Below, piece by piece: positions 18,178-26,098 of a DNA stretch of 49,555 nt. Numbering within the stretch: the stretch's first letter is position 1; the number at the start of each line of letters is the position of its first letter. The notes under the pieces were generated by a model, which had not been told where the DNA came from, did no database searches, and saw only the letters and a list, made by a program, of their open reading frames with translations. The DNA lies in the NCBI GenBank assembly GCA_050246815.1, contig JBFWVI010000023.1:1-49555 (forward strand). The letters run 5' to 3'. This DNA comes from Bdellovibrionales bacterium. Its GTDB lineage: Bacteria; Bdellovibrionota; Bdellovibrionia; Bdellovibrionales; UBA1609. The position numbers and the translations under genes were made by a program.

Positions 18178-19197
18178 ATGACCAGCCAACACCTTGCTCA
18201 AGAACTTCAAAAAAACCCGTTTGTTTTGGCTCCTATGGCCGGGATTACGGATCGAGCTTTTCGCTCTTTTATGCGCGAGATGGGTTGCGGCGTGGTGATC
18301 ACAGAGCTGATTTCGGCAACGGGATTGAAGTTTTCAAGTGAAAAGACTCGGCGTTTGATGGAGTTTGATGAGGGCCAGCATCCAGTGGGGATTCAGCTGT
18401 TCGGTGAGGATCTTGAGCATTTGGCCTATGCCGCGCAAGTTGTCGAGCAGATGGGCGCGGATTTTGTGGATTTGAACTTTGGTTGTCCTGTCCCCAAGGT
18501 TGTCAACAAAGGTGGGGGCTCGGCTGTTTTGCGCGACCTCACTCAAGTGCGTAAAGTTTTTCGTGCCGTGAAGTCCGCCGTGCAAATTCCGGTAACGGTC
18601 AAAGTGCGCACCGGCTGGGATCAGGTCAGTCGAAATACTCCCCAGCTGGCGCAAGTTGCATCGGATGAGGGGTTGGCTTGGATTGCCATTCATGGCCGCA
18701 CCCGGGCGCAAGGGTATTCGGGGCGTGCGGATTGGGACTACATTCGTGAAGTGAAAGAAAACGGCCCAATCCCGGTGATTGGCAATGGCGACATTGCTTC
18801 GGCGAAACAAGCGGTGGCGCGACTGAAAGAAAGTGGTTGTGACGGCGTGATGATTGGCCGAGGCTGCTTGAAAAATCCCTGGATCTTTCAAGAGGCCATG
18901 GCGCTTTGGGCGGGGCAAGAGATCGGTGTGCAAAGAAATTTTGTTTCTTCCTTTGATAAGCTTGAAACTCACTTGCAGGCGCATTCACCCGAAAGAATCG
19001 TGATGTTGCAGCTACGCAAATTCGCCGCGTGGTTTTCTGCCGGCTATCCTAATGCCAGCACTTTGCGTAAGCAAATTTTTGCCGATGCCTCTTTGAGCGA
19101 GCTTAGGCAAAAGATTCATGATTTTTTTGGTCCACTCAGTGCCATGAAACCAGAAGACACCTCCCATGAGCCCTTCTTAATGGGCGGCCACGGATAA
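18178..19197 (+). CDS. dusB: tRNA-dihydrouridine synthase, DusB-like
   Basis: LAPMAGITD, IQLFG, DLNFGCPVPKV, TVKVRTGW, IHGRTRAQGY, IGNGDI, MIGRG. Confidence 0.92.
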   Translation: MTSQHLAQELQKNPFVLAPMAGITDRAFRSFMREMGCGVVITELISATGLKFSSEKTRRLMEFDEGQHPVGIQLFGEDLEHLAYAAQVVEQMGADFVDLNFGCPVPKVVNKGGGSAVLRDLTQVRKVFRAVKSAVQIPVTVKVRTGWDQVSRNTPQLAQVASDEGLAWIAIHGRTRAQGYSGRADWDYIREVKENGPIPVIGNGDIASAKQAVARLKESGCDGVMIGRGCLKNPWIFQEAMALWAGQEIGVQRNFVSSFDKLETHLQAHSPERIVMLQLRKFAAWFSAGYPNASTLRKQIFADASLSELRQKIHDFFGPLSAMKPEDTSHEPFLMGGHG

Positions 19198-19286
19198 GCC
19201 GGACCGTCTTTGGTCGAGAAATCTCTTCGGCTTTTAGTAGTGGTGACTGCGATCTTGCAAGGCAGCCCGTCAATTCAGATACTTAA

Positions 19287-20213
19287 GTGATGGAAAATGT
19301 TATCGAAGCGCGTGGGATCAGTCGCCATCTTTCGGGCGTACCAGTTTTGGACCGAATTCAATTTGATGTGAACAAGGGTCAATGCATTGGCGTGGCGGGC
19401 GCAGGGGGCTCGGGTAAAACCACTTTGCTTCGTACCTTGGCGGGGTTGTATCAACCAACTCAAGGTGAACTTTTTGTTTTGCAGCTCAATGCACGCCTCA
19501 ACGGTAAAGGGATTCGCGCGCGAGTGGGTATGATGCCCGAGCGGGATGGCTTTGAACCCGAGCTGAATTGCCTAGACGCTTTGGTCGCGCATGGTGCTCT
19601 TTATGGTTTGCCCATCGCGCGATTGAAGTCGGCGGGGCGCGAGTTGCTGCGACGAGTGCAGTTAGACGAAGCGGAGCAATGGCCTGTTCATGCATTGAAA
19701 CGCGGGCAGATGCGACGTTTGTCGCTGGCGCGGGCATTGATTCACGGCCCAGAAATTTTATTCGTGGATGCGCCGATTCGCGATTTATTGCCGCCCGAGC
19801 GGCGGCTGCTGTGGACCCTATTTCAAGAGCAAAAACAACGTGGCATCACCATGGTGATTGCCAGTCGTGATTTGGATGAATTGGAAAAGCTTTGTGACCG
19901 CGTGATCATTTTGGACCGGGGTGTGATTGCTTGCCAGGGAAAGCCAGAAACACTGATTGAACATCATATCGGCAAAAAAGTGGTGGAATACGAAGTGGCC
20001 TTGCACGACATTGATTATCATTTGCAGGCCCTAAAGGGCCAATTTCAATATCAACTATTGGGCGACAAGCTCAAGATTTTTTTGCGTGAGGCCGTGGATG
20101 TGCAAACCGCGTTTCGCTGGGTCCCGAGTGAAAAAGTGCTTTATCGTCGTGCTTATCTGAAAGATGTTTATGTGAAGCTAATGGGACATGACTTGGGTGG
20201 AGGCTCTTTATGA
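19287..20213 (+). CDS. ABC-2/NodI-like ATP-binding protein with degenerate catalytic motifs
   Basis: Walker A GAGGSGKTT intact; signature LKRGQ; Walker B LFVDAP; switch IASRD. DrrA/NodI-type C-terminal domain. Confidence 0.8.
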   Translation: MMENVIEARGISRHLSGVPVLDRIQFDVNKGQCIGVAGAGGSGKTTLLRTLAGLYQPTQGELFVLQLNARLNGKGIRARVGMMPERDGFEPELNCLDALVAHGALYGLPIARLKSAGRELLRRVQLDEAEQWPVHALKRGQMRRLSLARALIHGPEILFVDAPIRDLLPPERRLLWTLFQEQKQRGITMVIASRDLDELEKLCDRVIILDRGVIACQGKPETLIEHHIGKKVVEYEVALHDIDYHLQALKGQFQYQLLGDKLKIFLREAVDVQTAFRWVPSEKVLYRRAYLKDVYVKLMGHDLGGGSL

Positions 20214-21016
20214 CCCGGGTGTTGTCACTGATCGTAGAAATTGTTTCGTTGCCGGATTTCAAAAGCGAAACTTGGCGAACACTTCGCCGCCAGGCCAGCT
20301 TGGCGATGTATCATCCTGTGGCTGAGTTTTTGGCCATGGTGGTGGAACCTCTTTTACTTTTGTTCGCGTTAAGTTGGGGCCTGGGATACTGGCTGAAAGA
20401 AGTTGATGGCCAGCATTATCCACATTTTGTTTTGCCCGCCGTTGCGACGCTGACTTGTGTCTTCATACCCTATTGGGAAACCGCCTTCGGAGTATTTAAT
20501 CGGCTACGTCAAAATCACGGCTATTGGGTGGCCATGCAGGGTCCGGTCACGGCCAATGATCTGGCCAATGGCGAGCTGTTGTGGGCATGCTTAAAGGGGA
20601 CCATCGCGTCTTCGGTGGTGTTGCTGGTGGGCTTGATGTTCGGATGGGTCGATTCTACACTGATTTTATTGGCGCCGCTGATTTTGATGCCAGGCGCGCT
20701 GTTATCGGCCGCATTCGGTTTGTGGAGCGCTGTTCGTTTCGAAAGTCCGCATAAATTGATTTTGATTCAAGGTTTGGTTTTGGGCCCGCTTTGCATGTGG
20801 TCAGACACGATTTTTCCGTTCTCGCAGATGAGTCTAATGGCGGACTGGCTGGTGTTTTTTTCGCCAGTCGGGCATTTGGTTCACTCTTTGCGAATGTTAA
20901 CCTTGGCTCAGATCAATGCGGATTTTTTTCTAAGTTTGGCACTGCTGTGGGCGATCGCCTGTATAACCGCTAACTACGCGGTCCTACGCTTCAGTCGACG
21001 CTTAATCCCAAGTTGA
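20210..21016 (+). CDS. ABC-2/NodJ-like permease
   Basis: VEPLLLLFALSWGLG, YPHFVLP, GELLWA, SDTIFP and about six TM segments. Confidence 0.8.
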   Translation: MTRVLSLIVEIVSLPDFKSETWRTLRRQASLAMYHPVAEFLAMVVEPLLLLFALSWGLGYWLKEVDGQHYPHFVLPAVATLTCVFIPYWETAFGVFNRLRQNHGYWVAMQGPVTANDLANGELLWACLKGTIASSVVLLVGLMFGWVDSTLILLAPLILMPGALLSAAFGLWSAVRFESPHKLILIQGLVLGPLCMWSDTIFPFSQMSLMADWLVFFSPVGHLVHSLRMLTLAQINADFFLSLALLWAIACITANYAVLRFSRRLIPS

Positions 21017-21928
21017 GCTTTCATCGGGGTCTGCGGCTTCGCTGGGGTCGGGCGCTGCGTTTTCGTTTGGTGCCGGAGATTCTTCTTCCATCATTTGTTG
21101 CACTTGCTCGATTTGCTCGGAGCTTGGCTCGGTTTCGGTCGGTGCAAAATCATCAATAAAGCTGCCGCGCGAAAGATGGGACCAGGGAAATTGATCCACA
21201 TTGGCCAAAGCCATGTTCATCACTTGCGGTGATATTTTTTTAAATCCGCCCAATCGGCGCACGATCTGCCGAACCATTTTCTGCGCGAAGGGGGTCAGCG
21301 TTTTTTGTTGAAAGCTTTTGCTGTACCCTTTGGGGTTGGGCAGTAAGAAAGCCAAAAAGGCAGCGTCCAAAACATGCAATTGTGACGGTGCCTTGCCAAA
21401 ATAATATTGCGCGGCGGCGCGCACTCCATAAATATTCGGTCCGAATTCAACCACGTTCAAATATCGTTCGATCAATTCTTTTTTACTAAAGTTTTTTTCA
21501 AGGGCCACGGTCAAAGCGGCCTCACGTACTTTGCGCAGCAAGGACTTTTCTTTGGTCAAAAAGACGTTTTTCGCCAACTGCTGGGTCAAGGTCGAGCCTC
21601 CGCGCTTGAAACCGATTTGACGCAAATTGGTCGAAAAACTTTCTTGGATTTCATGCCAATCAAAGCCGTGGTGAAAGAAGAACGAGGCATCTTCGCTGGC
21701 CACCACCGCATCCACCAGTTCGGGGGCGATTTGGCTTAAAGGAGTGTAGCGACCATCACCGGGGCACAGCTTGACCTGGTACATAGAGGTCGTCATGCAC
21801 CCCTTAAGCTCGCGCACATCGGGAAGAGTCAAAAAGAAAAAGGCCACACCCACTAAAATCAAACCCAGCACCGAAAGTGGAAAAAGTAAAAACGCCAACC
21901 AAGTTCTAAAGAGGGAAGAGTTGCGCAT
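21002..21928 (-). CDS. mtgA: Monofunctional peptidoglycan transglycosylase (GT51) with acidic C-terminal tail
   Basis: ASEDASFFFHHGFD, RGGSTLTQQLAKNVFL, RKVRE, KKELIERYLN, LPNPK. Confidence 0.9.
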   Translation of the reverse strand: MRNSSLFRTWLAFLLFPLSVLGLILVGVAFFFLTLPDVRELKGCMTTSMYQVKLCPGDGRYTPLSQIAPELVDAVVASEDASFFFHHGFDWHEIQESFSTNLRQIGFKRGGSTLTQQLAKNVFLTKEKSLLRKVREAALTVALEKNFSKKELIERYLNVVEFGPNIYGVRAAAQYYFGKAPSQLHVLDAAFLAFLLPNPKGYSKSFQQKTLTPFAQKMVRQIVRRLGGFKKISPQVMNMALANVDQFPWSHLSRGSFIDDFAPTETEPSSEQIEQVQQMMEEESPAPNENAAPDPSEAADPDESSTWD

Positions 21929-22909
21929 TTACAAGAGGCCTTTTTCTTTGATCCAGCCGACACTGCGAGCAATAGCCATTTCAGCGGGCTGCGGATTCAG
22001 GCCCAGCTCACGCCGGGCTTTTTGATTGTCGAACCAATGGAATAAAATCGAGGACCAGGCATTTTCAGAGTTGAGTGGGCCCTTGCGACCTATGGCTTCC
22101 AGTTGATCACCCACCAGACCGATAGCTCTAACGACCGGATTGGGCAGATAGATTCTGGGAGCGTCGGCGCCGCTGGCCTTGGCGATCATATGAAAAAGTT
22201 GCTGAATGGTGATATTGTCACCGGACAAAATATAACGTTCACCAGTTCGGCCGCGCTTCCAGGCGCATACGGTGGCCTCCACGACATCCTCTACGGCGAT
22301 CACGCTGACGCCACCGCCGGTGTAAAACGGAAATTTACCGCGCGCGACCTTCAACTGCACTTTGCGGCTGCCTTTGCTGGCATCACCCGCGCCATAGATA
22401 GTGGCTGGATTTACGGCAACGGCATCGACCTCGCCGCGGCGTACAGCGGACATAACCAACTGCTCGGCCTGCCACTTGGTTTCAAAGTAGCCCAAGTTTA
22501 AATGATGAAGATTGAAGATCGAATTTTCGTTGAGAGGAGCTTTACCGTCGAAGCTGGCCCCGACCGCAACAACAGAACTCATATGCACCAGGCGACTGAC
22601 CCCCTGACGGCGGCAAGCCGAAAGAATATTATGAGTTCCTTGCACGTTAACCTGGTCCATGATTGTGCGCTCGGCACGCGAGTATCCGACGTGTCCAGCC
22701 AGATGAAAAATTGTGTGCACGCCTTGGGCAGCGGTGGCGACGCTTTCGGCGTCCGTCACATCGCCCCAAGCCACTTCGACGCCGGGCCTTGCGGGCTCAG
22801 TCGAACTGGACTTTCGCCGCAAGACTCGGATTTGGCAGTTTTCATGTGTTAGGCGTCGAACCAGCCACTGGCCAACAAAGCCGCTGGCGCCCGTGATTAA
22901 GACTTTCAT
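21929..22909 (-). CDS. NAD-dependent epimerase/dehydratase (extended SDR; HpnA/dihydroflavonol reductase-like)
   Basis: ITGASGFVG, FHLAG, HMSSV, and the YxxxK motif YFETK. Confidence 0.9.
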   Translation of the reverse strand: MKVLITGASGFVGQWLVRRLTHENCQIRVLRRKSSSTEPARPGVEVAWGDVTDAESVATAAQGVHTIFHLAGHVGYSRAERTIMDQVNVQGTHNILSACRRQGVSRLVHMSSVVAVGASFDGKAPLNENSIFNLHHLNLGYFETKWQAEQLVMSAVRRGEVDAVAVNPATIYGAGDASKGSRKVQLKVARGKFPFYTGGGVSVIAVEDVVEATVCAWKRGRTGERYILSGDNITIQQLFHMIAKASGADAPRIYLPNPVVRAIGLVGDQLEAIGRKGPLNSENAWSSILFHWFDNQKARRELGLNPQPAEMAIARSVGWIKEKGLL

Positions 22910-22992
22910 CAGGACGTTATAGCGTTAAAGTCCTGGGTTGGAAAGGCTCAGAAATTGATGCTAACATTTAGATGCAAAACACAGGGACGTGG

Positions 22993-23463
22993 ATGAGCAA
23001 CAAGAGCGATATATTGCAAAATATCTATCTTTTCAGACGGATGACGCCTTCTGAGCTGGAAGCCGTGACCAAGGCCGCCACACTACAAACCTACGGGGCC
23101 ATGGGTGAAATCTTCGCCCAACAAGAAAAGGCGACTGCACTTTATGTCATCAAACAGGGCTCTGTCCGAATTCATCAGCGCAGTTCCTTAGGCGACAACA
23201 TTGAGGTCGCCACCCTGGGAGCGGGTAGCCATTTTGGAGAGATGGGCTTTGTTGACGGTGAGCCTCGTTCGGCCTCGGCCTCGGCGATTGAAAAAACGGA
23301 GATTGTCGTTTTTTCTTATGAAAAACTGCGCGATATGCTGACTGAGTACCCGACCATCGCCGTTAAATTTTATCAGGAATTGGCTTTATTTTTGTGTGGT
23401 CGACTGCGCATCACCACCAATGACCTCAGTTACGCGCGCGAAAAAAATCTAAGCCACTTTTAG
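22993..23463 (+). CDS. Stand-alone cyclic-nucleotide-binding domain protein
   Basis: LYVIKQGSV and phosphate-binding cassette HFGEMGFVDGEPRSASA; no HTH domain. Confidence 0.88.
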   Translation: MSNKSDILQNIYLFRRMTPSELEAVTKAATLQTYGAMGEIFAQQEKATALYVIKQGSVRIHQRSSLGDNIEVATLGAGSHFGEMGFVDGEPRSASASAIEKTEIVVFSYEKLRDMLTEYPTIAVKFYQELALFLCGRLRITTNDLSYAREKNLSHF

Positions 23464-23470
23464 GGTGAAT

Positions 23471-23686
23471 ATGATCGAACTGACTCGTCTCAATGGTGAA
23501 AAAATCATGATCAATCCGGACCATTTAAGGTTTGTCGGCAGTTGCCCCGACACTTTGCTGACATTCACCGATGGCAAAACACTTTTGGTCAAAGAATCTC
23601 CAGCTCAGGTCAGTGATATGTTCATGAGCTTTCGTGATCCCCATCGTAGAACCGCGATTCGGCCCGAGGAGGACGCGTGCAAATGA
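23471..23686 (+). CDS. flbD: Flagellar FlbD family protein
   Basis: MIELTRLNG...INPD...PDTLLTFTDGKTLLVKESP, located directly upstream of motA. Confidence 0.88.
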   Translation: MIELTRLNGEKIMINPDHLRFVGSCPDTLLTFTDGKTLLVKESPAQVSDMFMSFRDPHRRTAIRPEEDACK

Positions 23687-24432
23687 CCACATGGATTGGA
23701 CTATTGATTGGAATCGGTGGCATTTTACTTGGCAACATTATGGAGGGCGGTCATGTCTCGGCCTTGCTGCAGGCGGCGGCAGCCTTCGTTGTGTTTGGTG
23801 GAACTTTTGGCGCTATGATGGTTTCGAATCGTTCGGAAGACTTGCGTCGTGGAATGAAGCTGCTGCGCCTGGCTTTCACAAAAGAAAGCTCGGAATTTAA
23901 GAAAGGCATTGCCGCACAAATTGTAGAGGCTGCGCAACTGGCCCGTCGCGAATCGATTTTGGCCCTTGAAGGCAGAATCAACACGTTTGCGACTCCTCAC
24001 ATGCGCAGCGTATTTCGTTTTCTAATCGACGGCGTGGAGCCAGAGACATTGAAGCAGATTTTTTTAAATGAGGTTCAACAAGAAGAGCGTCGGCAAATGG
24101 CGGCGGCCCGTATTTGGATGGACGCCGGCGGTTTTGCGCCGACCATCGGGATTATCGGTGCGGTTTTGGGCTTGATTCATGTGATGGCCAATTTGACGGA
24201 CACATCGGCACTCGGGCAGGGCATCGCCGTTGCGTTTGTGGCAACTATCTACGGAGTGGGCGCGGCCAACCTGATTTTTATTCCCTTGGCCAACAAGATG
24301 CAGCGTCAGATCAAAGAAGAAAGCAATCTGAAGCATATGGTGATTGATGGCGCGGTTGCCATTATCAGCGGTTTAAATCCCTACATTATTCAAGAAAAAC
24401 TGGCTGCTTATTTGGACGGGCCGCAATCGTGA
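23677..24432 (+). CDS. motA: Flagellar stator protein MotA
   Basis: VFGGTFGA, ARRESILALE, GGFAPTIGIIGAVLGLI, AFVATIYGV. Confidence 0.93.
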   Translation: MQMTTWIGLLIGIGGILLGNIMEGGHVSALLQAAAAFVVFGGTFGAMMVSNRSEDLRRGMKLLRLAFTKESSEFKKGIAAQIVEAAQLARRESILALEGRINTFATPHMRSVFRFLIDGVEPETLKQIFLNEVQQEERRQMAAARIWMDAGGFAPTIGIIGAVLGLIHVMANLTDTSALGQGIAVAFVATIYGVGAANLIFIPLANKMQRQIKEESNLKHMVIDGAVAIISGLNPYIIQEKLAAYLDGPQS

Positions 24433-25163
24433 GTCCGCATCGCGACGATCAGGAAGACAGTCCCAATCCAGAGCGTTGGACGGTGTCTTTCGCGGACTTT
24501 ATGACCCTGATGTTCGCGCTCTTTGCGGTGCTTTATGCGACGTCCAATCGTGATCTGGAAAAAACAAAGCAGTTTCAAGAGTCCGTTAAGCGCTATCTAA
24601 TCAAAGCCGGCGCCTTTGGCGGAAGCGGCGAAAAAATTAATCAGGGTGAACAGTACAATAACCCCATTGAGTCCCCCATCCAAACCTACAATCAAGCCAG
24701 TCCTTTAAGCAAAGAGACCTTCGACGAAGCAGAGAAATTTGTTGAAGACACATTGAGCAGCAGTGATCGGAAAAAGTTTGTAATGGATATTGCCCAAGAC
24801 GCGCTAGGGGTGCGGTTAGTGCTTTCTGGTGCGGCGGTGTATGCTGACAATTCCGCTAAATTCAGGCCCGAAGCGCTGGCTTTTTTGGAACGTTTGGGTG
24901 AACTGCTTGGGCGTATCGGTCGTAAGGTTATGATCGAGGGGCACATTGATCGGGTAAAAATCAACAATCCCTCTTTCGCTTCGGATTGGGAGTTTTCTGG
25001 TGCGAGGGCGACTTCGTTGGTGCGCTACCTGATTAAAAGGCACAAAATGGACGCTTCTTTATTTGTGCCCGTGGCCTACGGGGCCAGCCGACCCTTACCC
25101 AGTCGCAAAAGCGACAACGACCGTTTAGAGGTGGTCATTATGACCGAAGAGTTGCCGCTTTAG
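24429..25163 (+). CDS. motB: Flagellar stator protein MotB
   Basis: ERWTVSFADFMTLMFALF with the conserved Asp. OmpA-like domain IEGHID...WEFSGARA...AYGASRP. Confidence 0.9.
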   Translation: MSPHRDDQEDSPNPERWTVSFADFMTLMFALFAVLYATSNRDLEKTKQFQESVKRYLIKAGAFGGSGEKINQGEQYNNPIESPIQTYNQASPLSKETFDEAEKFVEDTLSSSDRKKFVMDIAQDALGVRLVLSGAAVYADNSAKFRPEALAFLERLGELLGRIGRKVMIEGHIDRVKINNPSFASDWEFSGARATSLVRYLIKRHKMDASLFVPVAYGASRPLPSRKSDNDRLEVVIMTEELPL

Positions 25164-25187
25164 TTCACCGACGACGACTCTGCCGGA

Positions 25188-26078
25188 TCAGTTGAAATAC
25201 TCGCGAACGATTTTCACGGACTTCATCACCACGGGCTCTAGCGGCACCTGGGTCATGCGGTCGCTTTTGACCTGTCCCATTTTATTCACCACATCCATGC
25301 CCTCGATCACTTTGCCGAAGATGGTGTACTTGCCATCAAGGTGCTTGAGCTCTTTCAAAGTGATATAGAATTGGCTACCGCCCGTGTTGGGCTTGCCAGA
25401 TCCAGCCATAGCCAATACGCCCGGGCCATTGTGGCGAAGCTCTTTGCTGATTTCGTCATTGATGAAATAACCAGGACCGCCCCGGCCTGTGCCGAAGGGG
25501 CAGCCGCCTTGCACCACATAGTCAGTCACAATGCGATGAAAGGTGAGACCGTCATAAAAAGGGCGGCTTACCAGTGAGCCCAGTTTGCCGCGCTTTTCAT
25601 CGTATTCTTTGAATTGTTTGCGGCCCTCGACAAGACCGGTGAAGTTTTCGACTGCCTCCGGAGCTTTATCGGGAAAAAGTTGGGCCTTGAAAGCTCCAAT
25701 GGGTTTGCCACTGATTTCCATTTCAAAAATAGCAAGCACACGTTTTAGTCGACGGGGCGCAGCCGTTTTTTTCGAGTTGGTGACGGCCGTCGATGTGGCT
25801 GCCGGAGTGGCAGTGGGTGGGGCAGCTGCTTTGGGCTCTTCTTTTTTGATTTGCAAGGGCGCCGCTTGACGAGCGCCGTCTGTCACGGGCGCTGCCGTCG
25901 GCGCGGCTGACTGCGCTTCTGCTGGCTTATCCGAAGTGGTTGCATCGGTGGTTGCGGGGGCTGCTACTGGTGTGGCGCTGGTCGCCTCCGTGGCAACGGG
26001 CGCAGGAGGCGGAGTTTGTGCGATTGAGAATGTGCTAAATGTAAAAAGCGCGGCGATTGCAATCATCTGACGATTCAT
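25188..26078 (-). CDS. Exported cyclophilin-type peptidyl-prolyl isomerase with an Ala/Pro/Thr-rich linker
   Basis: Signal peptide; FYDGLTFHRIV...QGGCP.GTGRGGPGY, LAMA, GSQFYIT, HLDGKYTIFGKV. GGAGG RBS before the ATG at 26078. Confidence 0.92.
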   Translation of the reverse strand: MNRQMIAIAALFTFSTFSIAQTPPPAPVATEATSATPVAAPATTDATTSDKPAEAQSAAPTAAPVTDGARQAAPLQIKKEEPKAAAPPTATPAATSTAVTNSKKTAAPRRLKRVLAIFEMEISGKPIGAFKAQLFPDKAPEAVENFTGLVEGRKQFKEYDEKRGKLGSLVSRPFYDGLTFHRIVTDYVVQGGCPFGTGRGGPGYFINDEISKELRHNGPGVLAMAGSGKPNTGGSQFYITLKELKHLDGKYTIFGKVIEGMDVVNKMGQVKSDRMTQVPLEPVVMKSVKIVREYFN

Positions 26079-26098
26079 AAAATCCTCCACGCTTAACG

